From positions 2,304,001 to 2,368,000 of the forward strand of contig OY771587.1 in NCBI GenBank assembly GCA_963674825.1: a DNA stretch of 64,000 nt. Direction: 5' to 3'. Positions 10,640 through 20,820 of this stretch are shown one piece after another (the stretch's first letter is position 1; each line of letters begins with the position of its first letter). The DNA comes from Candidatus Cloacimonadales bacterium (GTDB lineage Bacteria; Cloacimonadota; Cloacimonadia; Cloacimonadales; JAIOQZ01). The position numbers and the translations under genes are program-made. Under the pieces are notes generated by a model. That model saw nothing but the letters and a program-made list of their open reading frames with translations. It was not told the origin of the DNA and did not search any database.

Positions 10640-10994
10640 CATTTCCTCCATGCATTGAATGTTTGTCATGTGTTTGTTTTATTCTCAGTTCGTGTTCGCT
10701 TTGGACAATCGAGTAAGGGCAGTTTTGGATTGTATCAAAAATAGCTTTCAGGCGGGGTTCGACGAGCACGGTCACATCCGTTTCAGGATTCATGTTGTGA
10801 ACTGACTGAAGAAGCATGATATCGGAAAGGCGTTTCAGTTCCAGGATAATGTGACCATGATTACCGCTTCGAAGCAATTGAAGAAACTGCTTCCGATCAT
10901 GAACGATCTTCAAATCGTGATTCTGATATCGAAACCACTCGATTCGTTCCGTGTCGGCTTCGTGATCTTTCAGGAAGGCAAGATATTTTTCCAT
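10632..10994 (-). CDS. Small protein with a degenerate receiver-like (CheY-fold) pattern
   Basis: Lies between the sigma54 promoter and the giant gene; its stop overlaps the giant gene start; receiver-like pattern with E in place of the phospho-Asp (GHIILE). Confidence 0.65.
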   Translation of the reverse strand: MEKYLAFLKDHEADTERIEWFRYQNHDLKIVHDRKQFLQLLRSGNHGHIILELKRLSDIMLLQSVHNMNPETDVTVLVEPRLKAIFDTIQNCPYSIVQSEHELRIKQTHDKHSMHGGNDA

Positions 10995-11015
10995 ACTGCA
11001 CCCGGATTAATAAAT

Positions 11016-11031
11016 TGCAAGCCTGGTGCCA
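11016..11031 (-). promoter_or_regulatory. Sigma54 (-24/-12) promoter
   Basis: Minus strand TGGCAC-CAGGC-TTGCA matches the TGGCAC-N5-TTGCW consensus exactly and sits next to a sigma54 activator gene. Confidence 0.88.
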
Positions 11032-11097
11032 TTGGTGGATATGTCGCGTAACTACATCAATAGTATTGTGTTAGGCATTATTGATATTGCTGGGGAC

Positions 11098-11250
11098 TGG
11101 TCGATATCGAATGATTTGATCTTGCTGTATGAAGGGGCTGTAATGTGCTATAGCTGTTGCTGAAGAGTCTCGAAACCTGTGTGCTCGATATCGTCGATAG
11201 TGCTCGATATCGAACGCCAATAGAAGCGAAAATTATGCTCGATGGCGAAC
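11098..11250. promoter_or_regulatory. Repeated palindromic boxes (TG(C/G)TCGATATCGAA), candidate upstream activator sites
   Basis: Copies at ~11098, 11182, 11201 and 11236, about 70-220 bp upstream of the sigma54 promoter. Confidence 0.6.
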
Positions 11251-11251
11251 A

Positions 11252-12643
11252 TTAATCGAAACGCAGCTTATGCTTTTCGATACGGCGATGTAAACTTGCG
11301 CGGGTGATACCGAGCTTTTTCGCTGCTGCGGCCTTATTACCGTCGCAAAGTTTCATGGCCCTATTGATGAGCGAAATCTCGAGCAATTCCAGTTGATCCA
11401 GATGAAGCGAATCGTCTGTTGGTGGAGTGGGGATATCCATTGCATGTGCATTGAGGTCGGGGAAGCAATTCCAATCAAGTGTCCGACTGTTGTTGTCCGA
11501 AAGGATCAGCGCTTTTTCCAGAATATTGCGCAATTCCCGTATATTTCCCGGGAAATCAAGGTTAATCAGCGCTTGCATGACAACAGGATTGATCTGCTTC
11601 GGTGGGCGTTTCATGGACTGGGAGAGCTTGCAGTTGAAATGCTCGATGAGCGCTGGGATGTCGGAGCGTCGTTCTCGCAGTGTCGGGATGTGGATGGAGA
11701 ATCGGTTCAGGCGATAGAACAGATCGCGCCGGAAGGAGCCGTTCATAACCATCTGGTCGAGATTCCGGTTGGTCGAGGCGATGACGCGCAGAGTCAGGTG
11801 TATCTCGATGGAGGACCCGATCTTGCGTATCTTGCGTTCTTCAAGGACACGCAGGAGTTTGCTTTGCATCGTCGGGCTGAGTTCACCGATCTCGTCGAGA
11901 AACAGCGTGCCTTCGTTCGCGATCTCGAAAAAGCCTTTTTTCTCGATATCGGCTCCGGTGAAGGCGTTTTTACGATGCCCGAACGCTTCGCTTTCAAACA
12001 AGGTTTCGGGAATTGACGGGCAATTAACGTCGTAAAAAACACCTTTCGTTGCTGTATCCTGCATGAAAATGTCCCTTGCCGCAAGTTCTTTGCCGACACC
12101 GCTTTCGCCGGTAATGAGGACGTCCACACAGGGCGTCGATGCGATTTTCCGGGTCAGCTCCCGTACGTGCTGAATTTCCGGGCTGCTGCCGATAATTGCT
12201 CCCCCAATGCAGTAATCGGAGGATGCCAGCAGATTTTGGTAAGATGTTTCCACGCCATTGAGCCGCTGCTTTAGACCGATGTGTCGCACGGTACGTTCGA
12301 TAGCCAGCCTGATATCATCCAGCTTGAAGGGCTTGCGGAAGAAGTCGATCGCGCCCATTCGCATGGCTTCTATTACGTCATCCATATCGCCGTGGCCGCT
12401 GATCATGATCACACCGACATCGGGATTTATTTCATGGATTGCTGCCAGAAGGTCGGTTCCACTCATCTCCGGCAGGCGTAGATCCAGGATTGCGATGTCG
12501 ATCATGTGTTTTTCAACGATCTTCAGCGCTTCAGTCGGTCGGCCCGTTTTGAAAGCTGTGTATCCCTGATTTTGCAGGAACTCCTCGATCGCTTCCTGGT
12601 AGCCGGTTTCGTCATCTACAATCAGCACATTAAGCATATTCAT
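11252..12643 (-). CDS. NtrC/AtoC-family sigma54-dependent response regulator
   Basis: Receiver (LIVDDE, LDLRLP), GESGVGKE, FLDEIGE, FRRDLFYRL, PGNIREL and a Fis-type HTH; the GAFTGA loop reads NAFTGA. Confidence 0.95.
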   Translation of the reverse strand: MNMLNVLIVDDETGYQEAIEEFLQNQGYTAFKTGRPTEALKIVEKHMIDIAILDLRLPEMSGTDLLAAIHEINPDVGVIMISGHGDMDDVIEAMRMGAIDFFRKPFKLDDIRLAIERTVRHIGLKQRLNGVETSYQNLLASSDYCIGGAIIGSSPEIQHVRELTRKIASTPCVDVLITGESGVGKELAARDIFMQDTATKGVFYDVNCPSIPETLFESEAFGHRKNAFTGADIEKKGFFEIANEGTLFLDEIGELSPTMQSKLLRVLEERKIRKIGSSIEIHLTLRVIASTNRNLDQMVMNGSFRRDLFYRLNRFSIHIPTLRERRSDIPALIEHFNCKLSQSMKRPPKQINPVVMQALINLDFPGNIRELRNILEKALILSDNNSRTLDWNCFPDLNAHAMDIPTPPTDDSLHLDQLELLEISLINRAMKLCDGNKAAAAKKLGITRASLHRRIEKHKLRFD

Positions 12644-14627
12644 TACCAACCTCGCCAGTGCTTTCAGCCTTTTCATGACTGGTTTCCGCTATGAACTCGG
12701 GAATCGTAACGATCATGCGTGTGTATTCTCCGGATTCTGTTTCGCACCGGATATCGCCATTCATTTCCTGAATGATCCCATAACTGATCGAAAGTCCCAA
12801 GCCGGTTCCCTTCTGCTCATCTTTGGTCGTGAAGAAGGGTTCGAAAATGTGATTTTGAATGGTTTCCGGAATGCCTACGCCGTTGTCCTCGATCTCGATT
12901 TGTATGGATCCTTCGTTATTGAAAAGCGTTACGCCAATCCGCTGTCCATCGTCATATTGGTCATACTTCGAATTCAAGGCGTCGCGTGCGTTGACCAGCA
13001 GATTCAAGATAACCTGCTCAAAGCGATGCGGATTGCCGAAAGCAAAGGTTTCTTCAGCCTTGAAGTCACGTTCGATAGCGATATTGTGATTCTTGTATTG
13101 CACTTCGATCATCGAAAGCGCTTTATTGATTACATCGGACACATTGAATCGCTGAAAGCGTTCAGCATTTTGTTCTCGCGAGAATATTCGGATGTGTTCG
13201 ATGATTTGCTTGATTCGATCTATATTCTGGTCCAGATAATTCGATTTGTCCTGGAGGTATTTTTTCGAGGGCAATCCTCTTTCTATGCTTTGAAACAGGT
13301 TGTCGATACCGAGCTGGATCAAACCGAGCGGTTGATTGATTTCATGCGCGATTCCGGCGGCCATGCGACCGAGCGATTCGAGCTTTGATTTCTGGATCAC
13401 GAACTGCTCCTGCTGGTTTCGACGCTCAATCTCCTTCTGAACCCGTTCTTCGAGTTCCTGATTCCAGCGCTGCAATTCCTCTTCAGCTTTCTCAAGCATC
13501 TCATTCTGCTGCTCGATTTCATCGTTCTTCTGCTCGAGTTCCTGATTCTTCTCGCGCAACAGGCGCGATTCGCGTTCGAACCTCTCAACCTCAAGTCTGG
13601 TCGATGTTTCTTGAATCAGACGATTGCGTTTTTCATCGAATTGTTGATCGAGGAGTGTGATGTATTCTTCTGTCATTTTCAGCGCGGCTTCGAAATCTCC
13701 ATTTCGCTTCCGAAAATCGATTACAGAATCCATGATCTCGATCAGGCTGCTCTTTGAATTGACTTCCTTCGCGATCACCAGAGCAGATTCAAGATGTTTT
13801 TGCTCATTCTCCAAATCACCACATTTCCTATACATGCGGGCATATGCATGGTGAATATTTGCAAGGATCGAAATATCTCCAACCTTTTCATTCAGCTTGA
13901 TACTTTTATGGAGATAGGTCTCAGCTTCATGGAGATTATCAAGCTTGAGGTAGATCGTCGCCATTTGCAGATATGCTCTGCACAGACCGAACATATCGTC
14001 AACTTCTTGCATGATGTCGATATTGGAGATGTGTAATTCAAGAGCGCGTCGATAATTACCGGTGTGTTGTTCTACGCTTGCCAGGTTGTTCCGCGCAACA
14101 GATTCGAAATGCTTGAGGTTGAATTTCTTTGTATTATCGAGAGCCTGGAGCAGGATCTCTCGTGCCTTGTCGAATTGAGTCTGATGCGTATAACACCGAC
14201 CTATGTTGATTAGAAGGTTGGTATTCAATGCAGGCATATTGCAACAGTCCTGCAACGCCATGTTTTTCTGGAAATACTCAATGGCTTTGTCATCATCTGC
14301 CAGTTTCTGGTATACCAGTCCGATATTGGTGTAACAACATCGAAGACCATAGTAATAATTTACTTCATCGAAGATGGTTGTCGCCTGTTGAAAGTAATTG
14401 ATCGCTTCGCCATCTTTTCCCTGATTGAATAGCCCGACCCCGATGTGCATCAGCGATTGTCCTTCTTCCTCTCGAAGGTGCTCTCGCTGGGCTATCGTCA
14501 GCGCTTCTCGACTTATTTCGATGCAGCGCTGTGGATTTGCCTTCGATATTGAAAAGGCTTCATTGATCAAATTGCGTATCTGCATTTGGGTATCAGTCAG
14601 TTTCGATGACTCCATGGTTTCCCTCAA
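12630..14627 (-). CDS. Cytoplasmic TPR-repeat sensor histidine kinase
   Basis: N-terminal TPR helices, coiled coil, H-box AHEINQPL, NLLVNARDA, DNGVG, FFTTK, GTGLGL; no TM segment seen. The start may be at 14615. Confidence 0.93.
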   Translation of the reverse strand: MRETMESSKLTDTQMQIRNLINEAFSISKANPQRCIEISREALTIAQREHLREEEGQSLMHIGVGLFNQGKDGEAINYFQQATTIFDEVNYYYGLRCCYTNIGLVYQKLADDDKAIEYFQKNMALQDCCNMPALNTNLLINIGRCYTHQTQFDKAREILLQALDNTKKFNLKHFESVARNNLASVEQHTGNYRRALELHISNIDIMQEVDDMFGLCRAYLQMATIYLKLDNLHEAETYLHKSIKLNEKVGDISILANIHHAYARMYRKCGDLENEQKHLESALVIAKEVNSKSSLIEIMDSVIDFRKRNGDFEAALKMTEEYITLLDQQFDEKRNRLIQETSTRLEVERFERESRLLREKNQELEQKNDEIEQQNEMLEKAEEELQRWNQELEERVQKEIERRNQQEQFVIQKSKLESLGRMAAGIAHEINQPLGLIQLGIDNLFQSIERGLPSKKYLQDKSNYLDQNIDRIKQIIEHIRIFSREQNAERFQRFNVSDVINKALSMIEVQYKNHNIAIERDFKAEETFAFGNPHRFEQVILNLLVNARDALNSKYDQYDDGQRIGVTLFNNEGSIQIEIEDNGVGIPETIQNHIFEPFFTTKDEQKGTGLGLSISYGIIQEMNGDIRCETESGEYTRMIVTIPEFIAETSHEKAESTGEVGNEYA

Positions 14628-15076
14628 TCATTTCTTTGATTATGGGAGTAATCACAAATTAGTCAAGATTAATTGATTACGGGCCGCAAAAATACCTGAA
14701 ACAACTGCCGTTTCCAGCACTATTCGGTCGTGCAACCTTTCCATAAATGAAACAGTGTTTTTCGTACAAATAACTGACAAATGACCTGTTTATATCTTTA
14801 CACAACTGATGACCAGGATTGTTGTAAGGAATGTCGATCTGAGGCAGATAGATTTAATGATCAGGCTGGGCAGAATGTTATCTTCGAGGCTGGGAATTTC
14901 TTCGGTTAACTTGAGCGTGGCAATACTGTCATTTTTAAGGAACACAATGTTGAAAATCCCTCTGATATTCTTGGATTAGGCCATATCAGTACCATCAGCC
15001 AGTGGAAGGATGAGCTAGACAAAGAAATATCGGCCATTTACGGAGATCAGAAAAAGACATCCGGAAATGAGATCAT

Positions 15077-15244
15077 CATCCGCCGGCATATTCGCCCGTT
15101 CCCTCGCGACGCCGTGTAACACCACGTCTTCGAAGTGGATGAACACGGCTGCTCGCGATCGAACGAATCTGCTCGCGGAGGGTGCGGGATTTGCGCAATA
15201 AAAACCCAGCACTGATGTACCGGGCTAAAAAACATACGCTACTG
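15077..15244. repeat. ~170-bp structured direct repeat, copy 2
   Basis: Matches 1175-1345 in the same orientation; lies ~12 bp past the meaB stop and contains its likely terminator CCCGGTAC-ATCA-GTGCTGGG-TTTTT on the minus strand. Confidence 0.95.
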
Positions 15245-15255
15245 CGGGACTGGGA

Positions 15256-16350
15256 TCAACTTTCAAGCAGCTTCAACAATTCACGAACCGCTTGCGTAAC
15301 GGGCAGATCGCCCATGACAATCTTTTGCTCAATGTCGGGCATGATAGCCTTGATGTTGGGATCGTTGTAAAACTTGTTTAGCAGTGCTTCCTTGATCATG
15401 GCGTGCATCCAGTCTTTGGATTGCTGCCGTCTGCGTGCTTCGAAGATTCCTGATTGCCGGGTAGTGTCTCGGAATCGGGTGATGAGTTCCCATATTTCAG
15501 AGATTCCGGAGCCATCGAGCGCGGAGCAGGTCACGGAAGGGGTTTGCCAGCCTTTGGTGGCGGGATTGATGTAGTGGAGGACCTGTTCGATCTCTGCACG
15601 TGCGCGATTAGCTCTTTGCAGGTTGTCGCCATCAGCCTTGTTGATGACAATGGCGTCCGCGAGTTCCATCACGCCTTTCTTGATGCCCTGGAGTTCGTCG
15701 CCAGCGCCAGCGATCTTCATCAGCAGGAAGAAATCGACCATGGAGCGCACGGTGATCTCGTTTTGCCCGACTCCCACCGTTTCGATGAGGATGACGTCGA
15801 AGCCTGCTGCTTCGCAAACAAGGGCTGTCTCACGGGTTTTACGGGTAACGCCGCCCAACTCGCCGCCGGATGGAGAAGGCCGGATAAAACTGTTTTGCTC
15901 GCGCGAGAGGAGCTCCATGCGGGTTTTATCCCCCAGAACACTACCACGCGAGATGCTGCTGGAGGGATCTACGGCCAGCACGGCGACTTTATGACCTTGC
16001 TGGATCAGGTTAAGACCAAACGCCTCGATAAAGGTGCTCTTACCAGCACCTGGGACGCCCGTAATGCCGATGCGGATGGAGTCTCCAGACGGGAGTCGGC
16101 GGAGGAGTTCTTGAGCCTGGTCGATGTGGCGATTGCTCTCGATGAGGGTAATTGCACGCGCCAGGGTGGTACGGTCATCGGCGAGGACGCCTTCGACGTA
16201 TTCGTCGATGGAGAGGTCACGGCGCTTCCCGGCAGGTTTGATGCGGCGGTTTTTGTGATGCTGATTATCGACGCCTTTCATCACCGATGTGGTGAATTCG
16301 CTGCCGGCGTCTTCGGGTACCCATTCGGGTCGTTTCTTGTCATCGGACAT
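15256..16350 (-). CDS. meaB: Methylmalonyl-CoA mutase-associated GTPase
   Basis: GITGVPGAGKST, AVDPSS, GDKTRM, IETVGVGQ, NKAD; downstream of the mutase genes. Confidence 0.96.
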   Translation of the reverse strand: MSDDKKRPEWVPEDAGSEFTTSVMKGVDNQHHKNRRIKPAGKRRDLSIDEYVEGVLADDRTTLARAITLIESNRHIDQAQELLRRLPSGDSIRIGITGVPGAGKSTFIEAFGLNLIQQGHKVAVLAVDPSSSISRGSVLGDKTRMELLSREQNSFIRPSPSGGELGGVTRKTRETALVCEAAGFDVILIETVGVGQNEITVRSMVDFFLLMKIAGAGDELQGIKKGVMELADAIVINKADGDNLQRANRARAEIEQVLHYINPATKGWQTPSVTCSALDGSGISEIWELITRFRDTTRQSGIFEARRRQQSKDWMHAMIKEALLNKFYNDPNIKAIMPDIEQKIVMGDLPVTQAVRELLKLLES

Positions 16351-16369
16351 GCGTATTCCTTAAAGGGAA

Positions 16370-16397
16370 AGGGCAGGCACGGTGACCTGCCCCTACA
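16370..16397 (-). repeat. GTAG-type REP-like palindrome
   Basis: TGTAGGGGCAGG-TCACCGTG-CCTGCCCT; sibling at 30505. Confidence 0.7.
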
Positions 16398-16430
16398 ATT
16401 AATGAAATCTATCGAGTTATCCCCAAGAGA

Positions 16431-16457
16431 TGCAGAGCTGGAGCTCTGCGTACCCAG
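16431..16457 (-). repeat. REP-like palindrome, CTGGGTAC class
   Basis: CTGGGTAC-GCAGAGCT-CC-AGCTCTGC; sibling at 30756. Confidence 0.7.
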
Positions 16458-16460
16458 AGG

Positions 16461-18629
16461 TTATCCCAATCTCTTTTCGAGTTCTTCGAGCATCTTCTTC
16501 GCGGCGTCCGGCAGGACGGTTCCCGGTCCGAAGATGGCAGCAGCGCCGTGCTCGTAGAGGTAGTCGTAATCCTGTGCAGGGATAACACCGCCGCAGACGA
16601 TCATGATGTCGCCGCGACCGAGTTTTTCCAGCTCTTCCACGAGCTGCGGAAGCAGGGTTTTATGACCACCGGCAAGCGAGCTCATGCCGATGACGTGAAC
16701 GTCGTTCTCGACAGCCTGACGCGCGGTTTCCTCGGGAGTCTGGAAGAGCGGTCCGACGTCGACATCGAATCCCATATCGGCATATGCGGTGGATACCACT
16801 TTCATGCCGCGGTCGTGTCCATCCTGGCCCATCTTCGCCATGAGGATGCGCGGACGGCGGCCTTCGTTCTCGGCAAATTCGTCGGTCATCTTGCGGACTT
16901 CTTCGACGGCCGCTTCTTCGGCGAATTCACTGCTATAGACACCGGATACGATCTTTGTCACAGCTTTGTGTCTCCCATATACTTTTTCCAGTGCGTCGGA
17001 TATTTCGCCCAGGGAGGCACGCAGTCTGGCAGCTTCGATGGACAGCGCCAGAAGGTTGCCTTCGCCGCTCTCGGCAGCGTTGGTAAGCGCTTGCAGTGCG
17101 GCCTCGACCTTCTTGTTGTCGCGGTTCGCCTTGAGCTGTTCGAGGCGCTTGAGCTGAGCCTGACGCACGGAGGTATTGTCAACTTCGAGGATCTCGATCG
17201 GTTCTTCCTTATCGAGACGGTATTTATTCACGCCCACGATGGTTTCCCGCTTGGAATCGATGTGCGCCTGGCGACGTGCCGCGGCTTCCTCGATGCGGAG
17301 TTTCGGGATACCTTCGTTGATGGCTTTGGTCATGCCACCGAGGGATTCGACCTCTTTGAGGTGTTCCCATCCACGCTTGATCAGCTCGCCCGTGAGTGCT
17401 TCCACGTAATAGGAGCCGCCCCAGGGATCGACCACGTCGCAGATACCTGTTTCATGCTGGAGGTAGAGCTGGGTGTTACGCGCGATACGAGCCGAGAAAT
17501 CGGTAGGCAGCGCGATAGCTTCGTCCAGCGAGTTGGTGTGCAGCGACTGGGTGTGACCGAGTGCTGCGGCCATCGCTTCCACGCAGGTACGGACGACGTT
17601 GTTGAACGGATCTTGCTCGGTGAGCGACCAGCCAGATGTCTGGCTGTGGGTTCTGAGCGCCATCGATTTCGGGTCTTTCGGGTTGAACTGCTTGATCAGG
17701 TTTGCCCAGATCACGCGAGCTGCGCGCATCTTGGCGATTTCCATGAAGTAGTTCATGCCGATGCCCCAGAAGAACGAGAGGCGCGGTGCGAACGCATCGA
17801 CGTCAATACCGGCCTTGAGACCGGTGCGTACGTATTCGAGGCCGTCCGCGAGGGTGTATGCCATTTCCAGGTCGGCAGTCGCACCGGCTTCCTGCATGTG
17901 GTAGCCGCTGATGCTGATGCTGTTGAACTTGGGCATGTTTTCCGAGGTGAACCGGAAGATGTCCGCGATGATTCGCATGGAGGGTTCCGGCGGATAGATG
18001 TAGGTGTTGCGCACCATGTATTCTTTCAGGATGTCGTTCTGGATGGTACCGGTGAGCTTTTCGAGCGGAACGCCCTGTTCTTCGGCGGCGACGATGTAGA
18101 ATGCCATCACCGGAAGCACGGCACCGTTCATGGTCATGGAGACCGACATCTTGTCGAGCGGAATGCCATCGAAGAGGATCTTCATGTCGAGGATCGAATC
18201 GACTGCCACACCGGCCTTACCGACGTCGCCAACCACTCGCGGATGATCGGAATCGTAGCCGCGATGGGTCGCAAGGTCGAACGCGATGGAGAGACCACGC
18301 TGTCCCTGTGCCAGGTTCCTTTTGTAGAACGCGTTGGATTCTTCCGCTGTGGAAAATCCGGCGTACTGACGGACCGTCCATGGACGCATAGCGTACATGG
18401 TCGCGTATGGTCCCCTGAGGAACGGTGGAATACCGGCTGTGAAGCCGAGGTGATCGTAACCCTTGAGGTCTTCCGCGGTGTAGAGCGGTTTGACCGGGAT
18501 CTGTTCGTTGGTGTTCCAGATTACTTCGCCTGGGGTCTTGCCCGTGGCTTTCTTGAAGGCTTCTTCCCACTCCTGGAAGCTGCCCGACGGCTTCATTTCG
18601 AGGTTGTGTTTGCTGAAATCTGGTTTCAT
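16461..18629 (-). CDS. mutB: Methylmalonyl-CoA mutase, large (catalytic, B12-binding) subunit
   Basis: [32 protein letters not shown] cobalamin motif. Confidence 0.97.
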   Translation of the reverse strand: MKPDFSKHNLEMKPSGSFQEWEEAFKKATGKTPGEVIWNTNEQIPVKPLYTAEDLKGYDHLGFTAGIPPFLRGPYATMYAMRPWTVRQYAGFSTAEESNAFYKRNLAQGQRGLSIAFDLATHRGYDSDHPRVVGDVGKAGVAVDSILDMKILFDGIPLDKMSVSMTMNGAVLPVMAFYIVAAEEQGVPLEKLTGTIQNDILKEYMVRNTYIYPPEPSMRIIADIFRFTSENMPKFNSISISGYHMQEAGATADLEMAYTLADGLEYVRTGLKAGIDVDAFAPRLSFFWGIGMNYFMEIAKMRAARVIWANLIKQFNPKDPKSMALRTHSQTSGWSLTEQDPFNNVVRTCVEAMAAALGHTQSLHTNSLDEAIALPTDFSARIARNTQLYLQHETGICDVVDPWGGSYYVEALTGELIKRGWEHLKEVESLGGMTKAINEGIPKLRIEEAAARRQAHIDSKRETIVGVNKYRLDKEEPIEILEVDNTSVRQAQLKRLEQLKANRDNKKVEAALQALTNAAESGEGNLLALSIEAARLRASLGEISDALEKVYGRHKAVTKIVSGVYSSEFAEEAAVEEVRKMTDEFAENEGRRPRILMAKMGQDGHDRGMKVVSTAYADMGFDVDVGPLFQTPEETARQAVENDVHVIGMSSLAGGHKTLLPQLVEELEKLGRGDIMIVCGGVIPAQDYDYLYEHGAAAIFGPGTVLPDAAKKMLEELEKRLG

Positions 18630-20626
18630 TGTTCCACTCCTATGCGCGTTGCGATTGTGCCGAGGATTTCCATGGCGTTCGCGCGGACGTGTATGAACTC
18701 GTCGATGCCGGATGCTTTATGCTGTTCGATCTGATCCTTGGGATAACCCGCCAGGACCGTGACGATATCGGGATTGTTATTCTTGAGACCTTCGAGGATC
18801 GGCGGTACGAGCTCGGGATAGGTGTCGTCGGTGGAGCAGATGATCACGACAGGCGCACCATTTTCGCTGGCTGCTTTAACTGCGTCTTCAACCGTGGCGA
18901 ATCCCTTGTTGTCGATCACGTCGTAACCGGCTACCTGGAAGAATCCACGGGAGAAATCGGCGCGAGCTTTGTGCTGCTTGACGCTGCCCATGTTCAGCAG
19001 GAAGACGCGTTTGTCTTTCTCTGACTGCATCACGCTGGTGCGCAGGTCTTCGAATCCCTTCGCGAGGCGATGGCTTTCCAGAGGCTCGACGGTCATCATG
19101 TCGTCGGAGGTGAGGTCCAACGCTTCTTCGAGGGTCAGGCCATTTTTAAATGCTTCAGAAATTGCTGCGATGTCCGTTGATTCCGGCTTGATGCCTGATT
19201 TTTTCGAACGGCACGATTGGCAGCTCCACTCTTCGCTTTCCCAAGGTACAATCATGGGCTGCTCGTCCGGGTTCGCGTACATGTTAACGCCGACCAGCAC
19301 ATCTTTACGGATGTTCAGGTTTTTGTCGCGACCATTTTTTATCTCCGCGATGCGTTTCTGAAGGGTTCCAGATTCGAGCGTTTTGAGAACACCGCCATCC
19401 GCTTCCATGGTGCGGAAGAGATTCCAGGCCTCACCTGCGAGGAAGTTGGTGAGCGTTTCGATCAGGTAAGAGCCGCCGGCTGGATCGATCACTTCGTCCA
19501 GATGCGATTCTTCGCTGAGAATGATCTGTGTGTTACGAGCGATGCGCCGTGCGAATTCGTTCGGGAAATCGTAGGTGGCGTTGAAGGGCTCGACAGTCAT
19601 CGAGTCTGCCATGCCGAGTACGCCCGAAAGCGCTTCGGTCGTGGTGCGGAGCATGTTCACATAAGGATCGTAAACGGTTTTGTTCATGAAGGCGGTGCCA
19701 ACGTGGATGTGCAGGTTCGGTGCGCATTCAGGCTTGCCGTAAGCGTCGCAGAGGTTTTTCCAAAGGACGCGTGCTGCGCGCAGCTTGGCGATTTCCATGA
19801 AGAACTTCGCGCCTACCGAGAAGGAGACTTCCATCTTGTTGAGGACGGTCTCGAGTTCGATTCCCGCTTCGGTGAGTCTATCGATGTATTCCACCGCGGA
19901 GGAGAGGAAGAACGCCAGCTCTTCCACCGCGCTTCCGCCTGCTTCGTGGCAGACTTCTGTATGGATGGTGATCGGGTTCATTCCGGGCTGGTTTTCGAAT
20001 GCCCATTTCGCGGTGTGGACGGCGTCCTGCATCGCGTCTGCGGGGATCTCGCCGCAGGCGGCCAGTTCACCGATCGGGTCCATGCCGAGCGAGCCCATGA
20101 GCGGCTTGCCCATCGCGTCCAGCATGGCAGCGAGCGCTTTACCGGAAGCATAGCTGTTGAACCGCAGCGGGACGGTTGTCAGATCGACACCGTCGAACGC
20201 CTTCTCGAGGTCTCCGAGTGTCTGCACACAGAGGCACGAGCGGAACAGCTTTTCCTTGATATGATTCGGGGCCACCGGGTTGATGCTGACGGCGGTCATG
20301 CCGCGTGCGAGGTCGTTCTTGAGCGCTTTGTTGTAATCTTCGATCACATGCTCTTCGATTTCCTGCGCGATCTGCCAGCGTTTTTTACGGAAGCCCTCGG
20401 GTTTCATTCCGCGAACATATGCCGTGAATCCAGGCATTGAGCCGATCTGATCGAGTTTATCCGTATCCTGACGATCGTAGATCGGGTCGAGCGTGATCCC
20501 TTCGGGCATCTTCGTTTTCAGCACCTTGTTAAAAGGTGCGCCTTTCAACAGCTTTTCAGCTGCTTCTCTCCATGCTTCCCGGGTTGCTTCGGGAAACAGC
20601 TCTTTCCATTCTCCATTTTGCTCCAT
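18626..20626 (-). CDS. mutA: Methylmalonyl-CoA mutase, small subunit
   Basis: [36 protein letters not shown]; lacks DxHxxG; 4-nt overlap with mutB. Confidence 0.93.
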   Translation of the reverse strand: MEQNGEWKELFPEATREAWREAAEKLLKGAPFNKVLKTKMPEGITLDPIYDRQDTDKLDQIGSMPGFTAYVRGMKPEGFRKKRWQIAQEIEEHVIEDYNKALKNDLARGMTAVSINPVAPNHIKEKLFRSCLCVQTLGDLEKAFDGVDLTTVPLRFNSYASGKALAAMLDAMGKPLMGSLGMDPIGELAACGEIPADAMQDAVHTAKWAFENQPGMNPITIHTEVCHEAGGSAVEELAFFLSSAVEYIDRLTEAGIELETVLNKMEVSFSVGAKFFMEIAKLRAARVLWKNLCDAYGKPECAPNLHIHVGTAFMNKTVYDPYVNMLRTTTEALSGVLGMADSMTVEPFNATYDFPNEFARRIARNTQIILSEESHLDEVIDPAGGSYLIETLTNFLAGEAWNLFRTMEADGGVLKTLESGTLQKRIAEIKNGRDKNLNIRKDVLVGVNMYANPDEQPMIVPWESEEWSCQSCRSKKSGIKPESTDIAAISEAFKNGLTLEEALDLTSDDMMTVEPLESHRLAKGFEDLRTSVMQSEKDKRVFLLNMGSVKQHKARADFSRGFFQVAGYDVIDNKGFATVEDAVKAASENGAPVVIICSTDDTYPELVPPILEGLKNNNPDIVTVLAGYPKDQIEQHKASGIDEFIHVRANAMEILGTIATRIGVEQ

Positions 20627-20820
20627 GGTGTTTCTCCATCGAATGTTTTGATCGTAAACGTATCACGTCTATCGAGTAATCCATTGAAAATAATGCATTT
20701 TCATTCTGGAGACGTATCCCTGTTTCGAGCCAGAATGTCAATGAAAATCGGTCAGAATTATAACGGTTGGAACGAGATGGTATCAAGAAAGATTAAGCTG
20801 TATGCCAAGAGTGAGGTGTG

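Noticed and set aside
11098..11250. TCGATATCGA boxes as a mini CRISPR array
   Set aside because: Units are ~15 bp, irregularly spaced, with no cas genes; they fit activator sites better.
16548..18734. 728-aa plus-strand ORF antisense to mutB (likewise 15454-16557, 19217-20440, 29090-30055, 52873-53967)
   Set aside because: Shadow frames produced by strong codon bias in the real opposite-strand genes; no recognisable motifs.
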